64,000 bases of DNA from Candidatus Paracaedibacteraceae bacterium (GCA_030694965.1 JAUYTZ010000014.1:5523-69522); one strand, 5' to 3'. Positions 1 through 10,490 are shown, counted from the stretch's first letter. Made by a program: numbers and translations. Notes: generated by a model from the letters alone, not told the origin.

Positions 1-94
1 GCTTAACGAGACGTCTAAATGGCATGTCTGTCACACCAGACATAGGTGCAAGGATGACAGGCATATCCAGTTCGATGTCACGAATTTTAAGCAT
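1..94 (-). CDS. tRNA-dihydrouridine synthase (Dus/NifR3 family), N-terminal fragment running off the window
   Basis: Too short for the ORF track. Minus-strand translation from ATG at 94-92 reads [31 protein letters not shown], matching the conserved N-terminal LAPMxGVTDxPFR motif of Dus enzymes. The start overlaps the prfA stop by 8 nt. Confidence 0.65.
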   Translation of the reverse strand, partial: MLKIRDIELDMPVILAPMSGVTDMPFRRLVK

Positions 95-1175
95 CGTTAC
101 CATCCTCAGCAGATAATTTTACGGCTTGATCTTCTGTAATAAGTGCATCAATCATTTCATCTAGGGCTTCACCCTCCATGATTTGCGCAATTTTATAGAG
201 CGTTAAGTTAATACGATGATCACTAACACGTCCTTGTGGATAATTGTACGTGCGGATGCGTTCTGAACGATCTCCTGAACCAACTTGATTTTTACGGTCA
301 GCCGATCTTTCTGAATCTATGCGCCTACGTTCTTCTTCATATAAACGCGCGCGTAAAATTTTCATGGCCTTTGCTTTGTTCTTATGTTGTGAACGTTCAT
401 CCTGCTGAGAAACAACAACACCAGAAGGTAAGTGGGTTATACGCACGGCGCTATCTGTTGTGTTTACATGTTGGCCTCCTGCACCAGATGCGCGAAACAC
501 ATCAATTAAAAGGTCTTTTTCATCAATCTGAATGTCAACTTCTTCAGCTTCTGGCAAGACAGCAACTGTTGCTGCGGATGTGTGCACACGTCCACTGGAT
601 TCTGTTTCCGGAACACGTTGAACACGGTGTACGCCTGATTCAAACTTTAAGCGAGCATAAACACCTTTTCCTGTAATGGAAGCAGAAGCTTCTTTTACTC
701 CTCCAATGCCTGTATCTGACGCATCAAGCAACTCAAACTTCCAGCCTTTTACAGCAGAATAACGTTGGTACATGCGAAGAAGATTAGCCGCAAATAACCC
801 AGCTTCTTCACCCCCAGTTCCTGCACGAATTTCAAGAATAACGTTACGTTCATCATTCGCGTCCTTAGGAAGCAACAAAAGCTTAACTTTTTGTTCAAGT
901 TCTGGCATTGCATTCTTTAAGCTATAAATTTCTTCTTGCGCCATGTCTTTTAGATCAGCATCAGCTGATGGATCCTTAATCAAGGCCTCCATTTCGACAA
1001 GCTCTTTTTGTTGTGTGCGAAATAGAAGAATTGCTTCTGCCACATCTGTCATATCCGAATATTCTTTTGAAAGTCGTGCAAAATCAGACGGATCTGACAT
1101 TGTATGTGTAGCTAAAGCATCGCGAAGCGTATTAAAGTGTTCTAATAAACGATCAAGTTTACGTGTGAATGACAT
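87..1175 (-). CDS. prfA: peptide chain release factor 1
   Basis: 362 aa. GGQ motif ([22 protein letters not shown]) and RF1-type PxT tripeptide ([10 protein letters not shown]), collinear with E. coli RF1. Confidence 0.95.
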   Translation of the reverse strand: MSFTRKLDRLLEHFNTLRDALATHTMSDPSDFARLSKEYSDMTDVAEAILLFRTQQKELVEMEALIKDPSADADLKDMAQEEIYSLKNAMPELEQKVKLLLLPKDANDERNVILEIRAGTGGEEAGLFAANLLRMYQRYSAVKGWKFELLDASDTGIGGVKEASASITGKGVYARLKFESGVHRVQRVPETESSGRVHTSAATVAVLPEAEEVDIQIDEKDLLIDVFRASGAGGQHVNTTDSAVRITHLPSGVVVSQQDERSQHKNKAKAMKILRARLYEEERRRIDSERSADRKNQVGSGDRSERIRTYNYPQGRVSDHRINLTLYKIAQIMEGEALDEMIDALITEDQAVKLSAEDGNDA

Positions 1176-1343
1176 TGTGTTTCCGTATTTTTATAATAAA
1201 TAATGATAGACGAAATATATATTTTTTAGATATATAACATGTTTTGAATGTGTATGGCTATGAGAAACATAAAACAATAAAAAATATTGGCTTCAAACGA
1301 TGATTAATAAACGTGGGTAAAAGCCCTTAATTATTTAAATTAT

Positions 1344-2618
1344 TTAGAAATTTTGTTTTATCCACGAATTTAGTTTTTTTAGCATAGAACTTTGATTAAT
1401 TGATAGTGCACTTGCTTGTTGGCTTTCAAAATCTTCAAACGCGTATTGCAGCACACCCGAACAGGTTGCAAAACTGGGATCTTTAATGAGATCAATCGTT
1501 CCTGAAAGACCATTAGGAGTGCCTAGTCGCACCTGCTTGCTAAAATATTGAGTTGCCATCTCACGAATTCCTTGAAGTTGACTAACACCACCTGTTAGAA
1601 CAATTCGTTGAAAAGCAACAGGATCAATTTCGTGTGTTTGTACTTTTTTTGCAATCCACTCAAAAATTTCTTCTACACGCGAACGAATAATATGAACAAG
1701 CATTCCTTTAGGAATTTGATGGCTATAGTTTTGGATAGATTCTCCCATTTGAGAAACCATTATATTTTCACGATCATCGGTTGATGATTGAATTAATGTT
1801 CCATAAAGTGTTTTGAGCCGCTCTGCTTGTGCAAGAGGTGTTGCTAAACCTCGTGCAATATCATTTGTTATATTTGCTCCGCCAATTGGAATAGTAGTGA
1901 GGCTTGTTAAATTACCTTCATAAAAAGTTGAAATAGTAGTTTGTCCAGCTCCCATATCGATTAAAGTTACGCCGAGCTCCATTTCATCATCGACAAGCGT
2001 CGCAAGACCTGATGCATAAGGGGATACAATAAAACCTGCAATATCAAGATGGCAGCGACCTATACATGATGTTAAATTTCGAATCATCCCGATCGGTGCA
2101 GAAACAACATGTAATGTTACAGATAAACGTTGTCCAATCATACCGCGAGGGTCACGTATTCCTTGAACGTCGTCTATCGCATAACTGATGGGCAAAACAT
2201 GCAAAATATGCTGATCTGCTGCTATTGACGCATCTCTGTTTAATGTAAGAAGTCGTTTTAGATGTGATTCATCAACTGGATAATTTGAAAGCTGTAATTC
2301 TACTTTTAAGCGATGTGATTGTGCCCATCTACCAGGCACAGCAATATAAACGCTGTTAATGTTTTGACCCGCTGATTGTTCTGCAGCATGTACCGCATTT
2401 AAAATTGAATCTTCAAGCGCATCTAAATCAATAATGTTGCCGCCTCGAAGACCTTTTGACAATTGATAACCAATACCTGAAACTTTTAAAGGAGCTTGAT
2501 CTTGATATTTATTTCCGACAGCACGTGCAATGGCGCAACACACCTTACTCGTGCCTACGTCTAATGCTGCAAAAAGTTCACTTTTGGGTGTCGGTAGTCG
2601 CTTATTAAACAAACTCAT
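1344..2618 (-). CDS. ftsA: cell division protein FtsA
   Basis: 424 aa actin-fold ATPase. Has AALDVGTSKV (phosphate 1), LIDMGAGQTT (phosphate 2) and VLTGGVSQLQGI (adenosine) motifs. Length is typical for FtsA. Confidence 0.9.
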   Translation of the reverse strand: MSLFNKRLPTPKSELFAALDVGTSKVCCAIARAVGNKYQDQAPLKVSGIGYQLSKGLRGGNIIDLDALEDSILNAVHAAEQSAGQNINSVYIAVPGRWAQSHRLKVELQLSNYPVDESHLKRLLTLNRDASIAADQHILHVLPISYAIDDVQGIRDPRGMIGQRLSVTLHVVSAPIGMIRNLTSCIGRCHLDIAGFIVSPYASGLATLVDDEMELGVTLIDMGAGQTTISTFYEGNLTSLTTIPIGGANITNDIARGLATPLAQAERLKTLYGTLIQSSTDDRENIMVSQMGESIQNYSHQIPKGMLVHIIRSRVEEIFEWIAKKVQTHEIDPVAFQRIVLTGGVSQLQGIREMATQYFSKQVRLGTPNGLSGTIDLIKDPSFATCSGVLQYAFEDFESQQASALSINQSSMLKKLNSWIKQNF

Positions 2619-2860
2619 TTATAGAAAAGCCCTTAATTGAATTAGAGTCCACGCTTTAAATATGATTTTATTACAAAAAAATACGTTAAAGCAAAAAAGA
2701 AAAAAGAAAAGTGTAATAGAATATTATCATACGGTGAATACATATCATATTAGATATTTATCACACTGACAAGTAGTTACTGCTAAAAAGAGTTTAAATA
2801 AGCTAATTTGGCACAAAACTTGCACGTAATTAGATTATAGATTTTTTATTTTAAGGTAAA

Positions 2861-3481
2861 ATGAACATGAGTGTTTCTTTTTTGAAAAAAAAATGCTGGA
2901 AAGTGGCAAAGTATAAAACCCATACCCTATCTTTAATGCTATGCCTAAACGCATTTTGTGCAACTTCAAGCACACCTATTTCTATTGCTCCTGTTACTGC
3001 TCAGTCTTTTAATTTTAACCCATTACCAATAATTGCAAAACCTACCATCAATTCATTTGCTCCTGCAGCTATTACTGCGCCGTTACCAATTATGCCTCCA
3101 GCTTCTGCCCCGACAAATACTTTAATAACCCCGACGCTTGTTCCAAGTCTTTATCAGCCGCCTATTTCCTCCATTAATCTACAGCCACAATTTGTGAGTG
3201 TATCACCTATTAATATAGGATCTTCTTTTAATTTGGCTCCAGCTTCATTGCCTACACAAACAATGATCGCTCCGCCAATAATTGATTTGTCTTCAATGGT
3301 AACGGGCATCAAACCACCTGAGCCACCTGCTAAGGAGGCTTCAAAAATACCGCAACCTGTAAAAATTATTTATGGCAAACGCCAAGCGCCACCGCTACTA
3401 CAGTACGCATCTAAAAACGACAAAAAAAATGACTATGCTCAGCCCCCACAGTGTGTCAACACAAGTCAATCCGTATTCTAG
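2861..3481 (+). CDS. hypothetical secreted Pro/Ile/Ser-rich low-complexity protein
   Basis: 206-aa ORF with a basic N-terminus plus hydrophobic segment (signal-peptide-like). The rest is a long P/I/A/S/T-rich sequence with no recognisable domain. Confidence 0.5.
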   Translation: MNMSVSFLKKKCWKVAKYKTHTLSLMLCLNAFCATSSTPISIAPVTAQSFNFNPLPIIAKPTINSFAPAAITAPLPIMPPASAPTNTLITPTLVPSLYQPPISSINLQPQFVSVSPINIGSSFNLAPASLPTQTMIAPPIIDLSSMVTGIKPPEPPAKEASKIPQPVKIIYGKRQAPPLLQYASKNDKKNDYAQPPQCVNTSQSVF

Positions 3482-3487
3482 GATTTT

Positions 3488-5275
3488 TTACAAGGATGAA
3501 GTTGCATGTTTTAGCCACTGCAATGTCTTTTGAGACACATGAGGGGACAACAGCTCATACACATGTGCATGATAAGAATTAATCCATTCGATTTCATCAA
3601 CTGTAAGCAAATTCATTTGAATCAGGTATCTGTCAATAGGGGCCATTGTTAGCGTTTCAAAACCAAGCTTTGCTTGTTCATCTAATGTTTTTTCTGAAAT
3701 TTGAACAACTGCTACAAGACTTTCTATACGAATGCCATAAGCATTTTCTTTATAATATCCTGGTTCATTCGATATGATCATACCAGGCTCAAGAAAGACT
3801 CGTGATCCTGCACGAGAAATACCATGAAGCCCCTCATGCACATTAAGAAAACTACCTACTCCGTGCCCTGTTCCATGATTATAGTCAAGTCCTGCTTGCC
3901 ATAAATATTGGCGAGCAAGCGTGTCCAATTGAGCGCCACATGTACCGTAGGGAAACACTGCTTGAGCTAAGGCTATGTGTCCTTTTAATACACGCGTGAA
4001 ACGATCACGCTGTTCAGCAGATGGTTTACCAATAACAATTGTGCGTGTTACATCTGTTGTTCCATCAAAGTATTGGGCACCTGAATCAACAAGCAAAAGG
4101 TTATCAGCTTTAATTAATGCATTACTTTCAAGTGTTGGTCTGTAATGAACAATTGCGCCATTGGCACCAAATCCTGCAATTGATGGAAAGCTTAGTCCAT
4201 GAAAAAGATCTTGTTGGTTACGACATTTTTCAAGATAATCAGCTGCATCAATTTCAGTGATGTAACCCTTTGCACCTTCTTCAGCAATCCAGGCTAAAAA
4301 CGTTACAAGTGCGACACCATCACGAAAATGTGATTGCCTAAACCCATTCAATTCTGTTTCATTTTTTACAGAACGTAAGGCAAGACATGGATCGGTCATT
4401 GGAATAAGCGTATTTCTTTTGTTATTTATAAGTGCAATAAGTGCAACGGGCGTTTTAGCATTATCAAAAATAATTTTTTTCTTTCTTGTCAAGTTTTGAA
4501 AAAATGTTTGACAATCATTAACATCATTAAATGTCACATGAGGCTCAAGCGTTTCACGCATATTGGGTGTCACTTTTCTCTTATCGCAAAAAATATCAAT
4601 AGTGCCATCTTTATAAAACAAGCCATACATATTCAAAATAGGCGTAAATTCCAGATCATAACCACGCAAATTTAATAACCAATTCAGTGATTCCGAATTA
4701 CCAATAAGAAGCGCGTCAGCCTTATTTTCAGCCAAAAAAAATGCTAATTTTTTACTTTTTTCAAAAAAAGAAGAGCCTGCGTAAATTATCGGATGGATAA
4801 AGCCTGGTTCAGTGGAATATGAAGGCTGATGTGGCCAAATTAAATCAATCGGATTTGATGTTGTTGGCTTAAGTTCAAAATGCGTATTTTGAGAACGAAT
4901 TTGCCATGCTCTAAGCTCAGCATAACTAAACAACCATGGATCATATAACACAATAGCGTTGGCTGGTATGTTTGCTTCAATCCACGTGTCACGTTGATTA
5001 ACTGAAAGTCCTTCAATTAAGCGTGTATCAATTTGTTGTTGCACTTGTAACGTGTAACGGCCATCTACAAAAACAGCTGCACGCTCTAACGTAATGATAC
5101 CAAGCCCTGAAGATCCATCAAAACCTGTTAACCATCCCAAACGTTCATCATGAGCAGCTCGGTATTCATTTTGAAAAGGATCATTTGTGGGAACAATAAA
5201 AGCGTACGCTTTTTGGTCTTTAAGAAGTTGACGGAGTTTTTTTAGTTTTACTGTCGTGTCCACAGGGTATAGCAC
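3488..5275 (-). CDS. pepP: Xaa-Pro aminopeptidase (M24B, aminopeptidase P family)
   Basis: 595 aa. C-terminal pita-bread fold metal-ligand motifs (VDSGAQY.DGTTDVTRT, HGTGHGVGSFLNVHEG, ISNEPGYY). GTG start. Confidence 0.85.
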   Translation of the reverse strand: MLYPVDTTVKLKKLRQLLKDQKAYAFIVPTNDPFQNEYRAAHDERLGWLTGFDGSSGLGIITLERAAVFVDGRYTLQVQQQIDTRLIEGLSVNQRDTWIEANIPANAIVLYDPWLFSYAELRAWQIRSQNTHFELKPTTSNPIDLIWPHQPSYSTEPGFIHPIIYAGSSFFEKSKKLAFFLAENKADALLIGNSESLNWLLNLRGYDLEFTPILNMYGLFYKDGTIDIFCDKRKVTPNMRETLEPHVTFNDVNDCQTFFQNLTRKKKIIFDNAKTPVALIALINNKRNTLIPMTDPCLALRSVKNETELNGFRQSHFRDGVALVTFLAWIAEEGAKGYITEIDAADYLEKCRNQQDLFHGLSFPSIAGFGANGAIVHYRPTLESNALIKADNLLLVDSGAQYFDGTTDVTRTIVIGKPSAEQRDRFTRVLKGHIALAQAVFPYGTCGAQLDTLARQYLWQAGLDYNHGTGHGVGSFLNVHEGLHGISRAGSRVFLEPGMIISNEPGYYKENAYGIRIESLVAVVQISEKTLDEQAKLGFETLTMAPIDRYLIQMNLLTVDEIEWINSYHAHVYELLSPHVSQKTLQWLKHATSSL

Positions 5276-5445
5276 TTTTATGAATTAAATATGACTACGA
5301 CCTTAAATCACATTACGAAGGGTGGGCAAGCACGATTTTAGCAAGTGTAGATTTTATGCATATTTCAATAGAATAGTTTTTACCTTGCTTCTGCTCAATC
5401 AAATGAATATGATAAAAACTGTTTTAATATTTAAAAGGTTTTTAA

Positions 5446-5751
5446 ATGTATTTACTAAAAATTATAATTTTATGTGTCTTTGGTACAATGGCTGTTTTGG
5501 CTATGGAAAAAGAAGTGGCAACTGATGAAACATCAGTAGGCAGCGTTTCTGCTTCGATGCCAACTCCTGCCACTTGCTTTCAATCTCTTACTGAGGAAGA
5601 TATGGATAGACTTGATCAGCAAAACACTTCAGAACTTAGTCTTTCAGGCGTTTTCTATTTGTTATTAAATGAATATTATGAGGAATATCCATTAAGCATT
5701 TTATTTTCTTTTGTATTTGATTATTTTCCATTATTAAATGAAAAATCCTAA
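5446..5751 (+). CDS. hypothetical small acidic protein with N-terminal signal-like segment
   Basis: 101-aa ORF. N-terminal hydrophobic stretch MYLLKIIILCVFGTMAVLA, then an acidic region. No family recognised, so coding status is uncertain. Confidence 0.35.
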   Translation: MYLLKIIILCVFGTMAVLAMEKEVATDETSVGSVSASMPTPATCFQSLTEEDMDRLDQQNTSELSLSGVFYLLLNEYYEEYPLSILFSFVFDYFPLLNEKS

Positions 5752-6027
5752 AATAAATAACGATACATTTTGGCGCAGCAACAAGTAGAGATTGTTTGTT
5801 TTTTCCGCCCAGGGCTTACCTAAGATATGGAAACTAATTTTCGAAGAAGTGAAGGAAAATTAAGTATTTCAGAATGTCCAAATATTTTTACGTATACACT
5901 TGTTGTGAATAAAATTTTGACATAATAATCAACCAACTGACACCCTTGAATTTACGCTAACCATCACCTATTCTAAGTGCTAGGTAGTATTCAAGGGTTT
6001 TTATACCCATAACTAGGAAATAGAACG

Positions 6028-7395
6028 ATGACACAAGCTAAAGCACCGTGGGGCCTAAATGAACTTATTTCTGCACTAGGGTTGCCTACACTTTCAGTTG
6101 ACGCACCTGTTTATGGCATATCTATCGACACACGCACATTAAAACCAGGTGATCTTTATATTCCTATGGAAGGTCAACGTGATGGACATGCCTTTGTTGC
6201 AGATGCGTTTGAAAAAGGTGCGATAGCAGCATTTGTAACATCCAGCTTTGATATTTTTTCTGTAAAAGGAAGGTGTATTGTTGTTCCTGACACATTGATC
6301 GCATTACAGCAACTTGGCATTTATAATCGTAAAAAATCAAGTGCCAAGATTATTGCTGTTACAGGCAGCGTTGGCAAAACAACATTGAAAGAAATGTTAG
6401 GTCATATATTACATTCATTTGGAAAAACAGTTATTTCAAAAGCTAGCTACAATAATTGTTGGGGTGTGCCTTTAAGTCTTCTTGATTTAAGGTCTGATAC
6501 AGAATTTGGAGTATTGGAAGTTGGTATGAACCATCCAGGTGAAATTGAACCGCTGGCACATATGATTGTGCCTGATATTGCTATTATAACAAAGCTTGCA
6601 GAGGCACATATTGGGCACATGGGATCGTTTGAAGCAATTGCGCATGAAAAAAGCACGCTTTTAAACGCATTAAAACCAGATGGCACGGCGCTTATTTATG
6701 GTGGAAGTTCATCTGATCATATTTTGTTGCAAAACATTAAAGGCCACACATATAAACTATGTGACATGTCAAATCTAAAAGCGTATGTGCATCATGGAAA
6801 AACCCGCGTATCCGCTATTGTTGATAATCGTACATTACATTATATATTACCTTTCGCAGCTCTACATCACGTAGGAAATAGTATTTTAGCTGTTGAAGCA
6901 TGTCATGCAATGCAACTTGATGTTCAACAAGCAGCAACAATGCTTGAAACGTTTGAATTGCCAGCGGGCAGGGGGGTTACACGTAACATCGTTTTGTCAA
7001 ATAATATTTCAATCACCCTGATTGATGATTCTTATAATGCAAATCCAGTATCGATGCGTGCCGGGCTACTTTCTTTAAAAGATTATAATGCTGACCGTCG
7101 CATTGCTGTTCTCGGTGAAATGCGTGAGCTTGGGGCTGAATCAAGCAAGTATCATTCTGATTTATTTGCGTCTCTTGAAGAAGCTAATATTGATTTGCTA
7201 TTTTGTTGCGGAGAAGAAATGTCATTTCTTTATAATATAATACCAGAAAATCTCAAAGGATTCCATGCGAATAGAGCTGTCGATTTGATAACACCACTAA
7301 TTACGTCTTTACGCAGTGGTGATGTTATCTTTGTAAAAGGCTCTAATGGTAGCAAAGTGAGCGAAGTCGTGAATTTTTTGTTAAATCCGCAGTAA
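6028..7395 (+). CDS. murF: UDP-N-acetylmuramoyl-tripeptide--D-alanyl-D-alanine ligase
   Basis: 455 aa Mur ligase. ATP-binding P-loop TGSVGKTT, DSYNANP motif, and N-terminal ISIDTRTLKPGDLYIP typical of MurF. Confidence 0.9.
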   Translation: MTQAKAPWGLNELISALGLPTLSVDAPVYGISIDTRTLKPGDLYIPMEGQRDGHAFVADAFEKGAIAAFVTSSFDIFSVKGRCIVVPDTLIALQQLGIYNRKKSSAKIIAVTGSVGKTTLKEMLGHILHSFGKTVISKASYNNCWGVPLSLLDLRSDTEFGVLEVGMNHPGEIEPLAHMIVPDIAIITKLAEAHIGHMGSFEAIAHEKSTLLNALKPDGTALIYGGSSSDHILLQNIKGHTYKLCDMSNLKAYVHHGKTRVSAIVDNRTLHYILPFAALHHVGNSILAVEACHAMQLDVQQAATMLETFELPAGRGVTRNIVLSNNISITLIDDSYNANPVSMRAGLLSLKDYNADRRIAVLGEMRELGAESSKYHSDLFASLEEANIDLLFCCGEEMSFLYNIIPENLKGFHANRAVDLITPLITSLRSGDVIFVKGSNGSKVSEVVNFLLNPQ

Positions 7396-7419
7396 ATATT
7401 TTGCTGTGGTGTTTTTTTT
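7387..7419 (+). terminator. rho-independent terminator after murF
   Basis: 10-bp stem (ccgcagtaaa / tttgctgtgg, two G-U pairs) with a 3-nt loop, followed by tgtttttttt. It overlaps the murF stop codon. Confidence 0.55.
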
Positions 7420-7453
7420 ACTGAACGTTATTGCTGATTGCATATACATTCTT

Positions 7454-8365
7454 TTAAATGCGCGTTCCACCAATATGTTGCTTGTTTTGTGATTTTGCGA
7501 TCACGATTTGTTTTTGGCGCTCCACATTTGCATGTCTTGCTTTGGCTGTGATTTTATCATAACAAAGATGACATTCAACACCTTCAACATAATGCTCTGA
7601 AAGGCATTCCTCAGGTGATAGAGGCATACGACAACCAAAACAAACTTTATATTCACCCTGCGTTAGGCCATGCCCTACACTAACCCGTTGATCAAACACA
7701 AAGCAATCACCTTTCCACAAACTTTCCTCTTGGGGGACTTCTTCAAGGTATTTTAAAATTCCACCTTTTAAATGGTATACTTCTTCGTAACCTTCAAGTT
7801 TCATGAATGAACTTGCTTTTTCACAGCGAATTCCTCCGGTGCAAAACATAGCAATTTTTTTGTTCTTTGGTGCATTAAGCTTTTCTCGCACATAGCTTGG
7901 AAATTGTACAAACACATCAGTTTCGGGATTAACAGCATTTTCGAATGTACCAATTTTAACCTCATAGTCATTACGTGTATCAAGAACAATAACATCTGGA
8001 TCAGAAATTAAGGCGTTCCAATCTTTTGGATCAACATAAGTGCCAGCCATGTGATGCGGGTTTGCTTCAGGCACACGAAGTGTAACAATTTCATTTTTTA
8101 ACTTTACTTTAAGGCGATAAAAAGGCATTTCATCAGACGTAGATTCTTTGTATTCCATGCCTTCAAATCGGTTGTCACTTTTAAGGGTAGCAAGTAGCTC
8201 ATCGATTGCTTCTCTCGTTCCTGCAACAGTACCATTAATTCCTTCATGAGCGAACAAAAGCGTCCCTTTAATACCTAAATTAGTACATAAATTTTTAAAC
8301 TTCTCATGTACTTTTAAAACATCAGGTAAGTCTGTGAAGTGATAAAGCGCAGCTATAACAACCAT
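7454..8365 (-). CDS. trhO: rhodanese-domain tRNA uridine(34) hydroxylase (TrhO/YceA, UPF0176)
   Basis: 303 aa. Rhodanese active-site loop CTGGIRCEK and a C-terminal Cys-rich tail (CFGC...CHLC), as in YceA-family proteins. Confidence 0.8.
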   Translation of the reverse strand: MVVIAALYHFTDLPDVLKVHEKFKNLCTNLGIKGTLLFAHEGINGTVAGTREAIDELLATLKSDNRFEGMEYKESTSDEMPFYRLKVKLKNEIVTLRVPEANPHHMAGTYVDPKDWNALISDPDVIVLDTRNDYEVKIGTFENAVNPETDVFVQFPSYVREKLNAPKNKKIAMFCTGGIRCEKASSFMKLEGYEEVYHLKGGILKYLEEVPQEESLWKGDCFVFDQRVSVGHGLTQGEYKVCFGCRMPLSPEECLSEHYVEGVECHLCYDKITAKARHANVERQKQIVIAKSQNKQHIGGTRI

Positions 8366-8906
8366 TAAATATTATTCCTTAATTATCAATGATATTTTAA
8401 TCAACTGAAGATTACCATAAAACACATCCATTTTTCAACAATCAAGAAACTGTGATTTCGGCGCAAATTTTTGTTAACGTAAAAAGATTAAACTAGAAAA
8501 TAGTAAGGTTATTATAAATTCCAAAGGATTTTATTCTCCAAAAGACGTTACTGACATCTCTATATTTTGTTTATACACTAAGTCGTTTTAGTGGTTAAAG
8601 GATTGGCTCCGTTCAAGTTTGTAGTGAAAGCATGAATTAAATATTGGTCATAGCTCTTTCTTCATTAAGTATCTTTTCATCCTTGAATCAAAATTGAAAA
8701 TAAGAAAACAGACAAACAGCATAAAAAAATAAAAAATGATGATTCACGTGGACGCCTCTTATTTTAAAAGAAATCTAACATGCCTCTTAACTATTTACCC
8801 ACCTATTTTTCATAAGAGCCTAATTTATTATTGCTACTATTTTGTGAATATATAAAAATTCAATAAACAGAATAGCTCTGCAGCTTAAGTTACATTGCAC
8901 AGAATT

Positions 8907-10490
8907 TCATTTAGTTCGAGGGCTTCCTAGAACTCGGGTAAGTTCTTCCATTGTTGTTACACGATCGTTTACAAGTTGCATACCATGATCCCACAATGTT
9001 GGAAATTGTATTTCCCTTCGCAGTCGCGCAAGATCAGATCGATCACCACCTTTTGTGATAACATCATTAAATTCTTCGTCAAAGGTTAAATATTCCATAA
9101 CAATTGTTCGGCCCTTATAACCCTTTACACAATTCGGGCATTCAGTTTCGCTTTTAAAATCACCAAAACATACTTGACATAAACGTCGCACAAGGCGCTG
9201 GGCAATAACGGCTTGCAATGTGCCAGCTAATAAAACAGTTGATAACCCTAAGTCAATAAGTCTCCCTGGAACACCTAAGACATCTTGGGTGTGCAGTGTA
9301 GACAGCACTAAGTGCCCTGTCAAAACGGCTCGTAAAGCCATACTTGCCGTTTCTTCATCGCGAATTTCACCAATCAAAATAACATCAGGGTCTTGCCGTA
9401 AAAGTGATCGAATACCATCACTGTAAGTGAGCATGCTATTATCTCTAATTTCAGTTTGACGAACACCGGGTAAGACTGATTCAATAGGTGCCTCAAGTGT
9501 CATTATGTTTCGCTGCATTGCATCAATCGTTGAAAGCAAAGCATAAAGCGTTGTTGTTTTTCCAGCACCAGTTGGCCCAGTAAGCACAATCAAGCCTTGT
9601 GGCGCTTTTGTAATACGGCGAAGCTCTGTTGCAATAATTTTTGGAAATCCAAGCTCATCTAAAGTTAACACTCTTTTTTCTTTGTTCAAAAGCCTAAGCA
9701 CCACATTTTCACCGTAAAGTGTTGGATGCGTACTTACGCGAATATCAATATCATTACCCTTAATCGATTTCAAAAAATGACCACTTTGGGGACGCCTTGA
9801 TTCAGCAATGTCTAAATTTGCGCACACTTTGAGTCGGTTAATTATTTGCGACCATTTTGTTGGATGAATCACACAAGCGACTTCAAGAACGCCATCAATT
9901 CGAAACCTAACACCAATATCCTTTTCATCAGGTTGAAAGTGTATGTCCGATGCATCATGCGAAACAGCAGTATCAATAATGTGCTCTAAAATAGATAAGG
10001 GCTCATCTGTTCGATCAATAGTTTCTTGTGGATATAAGTTTTTCAAATAAAAATCTATTTGTTTAACGTCAGCATGATAAAACTGAATATCCTGGACTGT
10101 AGGATGGTATAAATTAATGTACTGAAGCAAAGCATCTGTTGCTTTTACATCTTCAGGATCTTGCATAGCAATGAAGGATTGCTCATTATTTACATAAAAA
10201 GGATACGCTTTTAAATTATAGCAAATGTCTTTTGGTAAAAAACCGGTAGTCCCTTTTTTCTTAGGGTCAAGAGATCTTAGATCTACAAAAGGCAGTCCGC
10301 TATTTTCTGATTTTAATCGCTGTAATAACATTGGGCATAAGTATCCCATATCAACAAGGACAGCTTCTAGTGATTGATTGTTTATTTTTTGCTCACTAAT
10401 AGCAACATTGAGTTGATCTATTGTTATGTATTCCTTTGATAGCAATGCATTTGCTAAATGTTGCTCTTGATATGATGAAACGCTTTGCAA
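8907..10490 (-). CDS. type II/IV secretion system ATPase (GspE/PilB family)
   Basis: 527 aa. Walker A GPTGAGKTTT, Walker B DPDVILIGEIRD, His box TGHLVLSTLHT, tetracysteine CQVC...CPNC, and an N-terminal T2SSE_N/MshEN-like helical domain. The only in-frame start at the ORF head is TTG. Confidence 0.85.
   Translation of the reverse strand: MQSVSSYQEQHLANALLSKEYITIDQLNVAISEQKINNQSLEAVLVDMGYLCPMLLQRLKSENSGLPFVDLRSLDPKKKGTTGFLPKDICYNLKAYPFYVNNEQSFIAMQDPEDVKATDALLQYINLYHPTVQDIQFYHADVKQIDFYLKNLYPQETIDRTDEPLSILEHIIDTAVSHDASDIHFQPDEKDIGVRFRIDGVLEVACVIHPTKWSQIINRLKVCANLDIAESRRPQSGHFLKSIKGNDIDIRVSTHPTLYGENVVLRLLNKEKRVLTLDELGFPKIIATELRRITKAPQGLIVLTGPTGAGKTTTLYALLSTIDAMQRNIMTLEAPIESVLPGVRQTEIRDNSMLTYSDGIRSLLRQDPDVILIGEIRDEETASMALRAVLTGHLVLSTLHTQDVLGVPGRLIDLGLSTVLLAGTLQAVIAQRLVRRLCQVCFGDFKSETECPNCVKGYKGRTIVMEYLTFDEEFNDVITKGGDRSDLARLRREIQFPTLWDHGMQLVNDRVTTMEELTRVLGSPRTK

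Noticed and set aside
236-676. 146-aa plus-strand ORF inside prfA. Similar antisense ORFs occur at 943-1203, 6447-6686, 9220-9426, 11672-12043, 16403-16837, 33322-33570, 36362-36709, 44552-44891, 57256-57567, 60915-61172 and 61874-62281.
   Set aside because: All lie fully within, and antisense to or out of frame with, strongly supported conserved genes. Their products are low-complexity with no motifs, which is typical of shadow ORFs.
1358-1366. ttatccacg, a near-consensus DnaA box; possible origin of replication.
   Set aside because: It is a single copy located inside the ftsA coding region. I saw no cluster of boxes in any of the long AT-rich spacers and no oriC-typical neighbours.
1319-2638. 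Exact 14-mer aaaagcccttaatt on both sides of ftsA (1319-1332 and 2625-2638).
   Set aside because: A handful of 14-nt exact matches are expected by chance in 64 kb of AT-rich DNA. There is no extended similarity around either copy and no target-site or inverted-repeat structure suggesting mobility.
5322-5525. 67-aa ORF overlapping the start of the 5446-5751 ORF.
   Set aside because: Alternative frame with no signal or motif. The 101-aa frame at least has a signal-like N-terminus. Neither is strongly supported.
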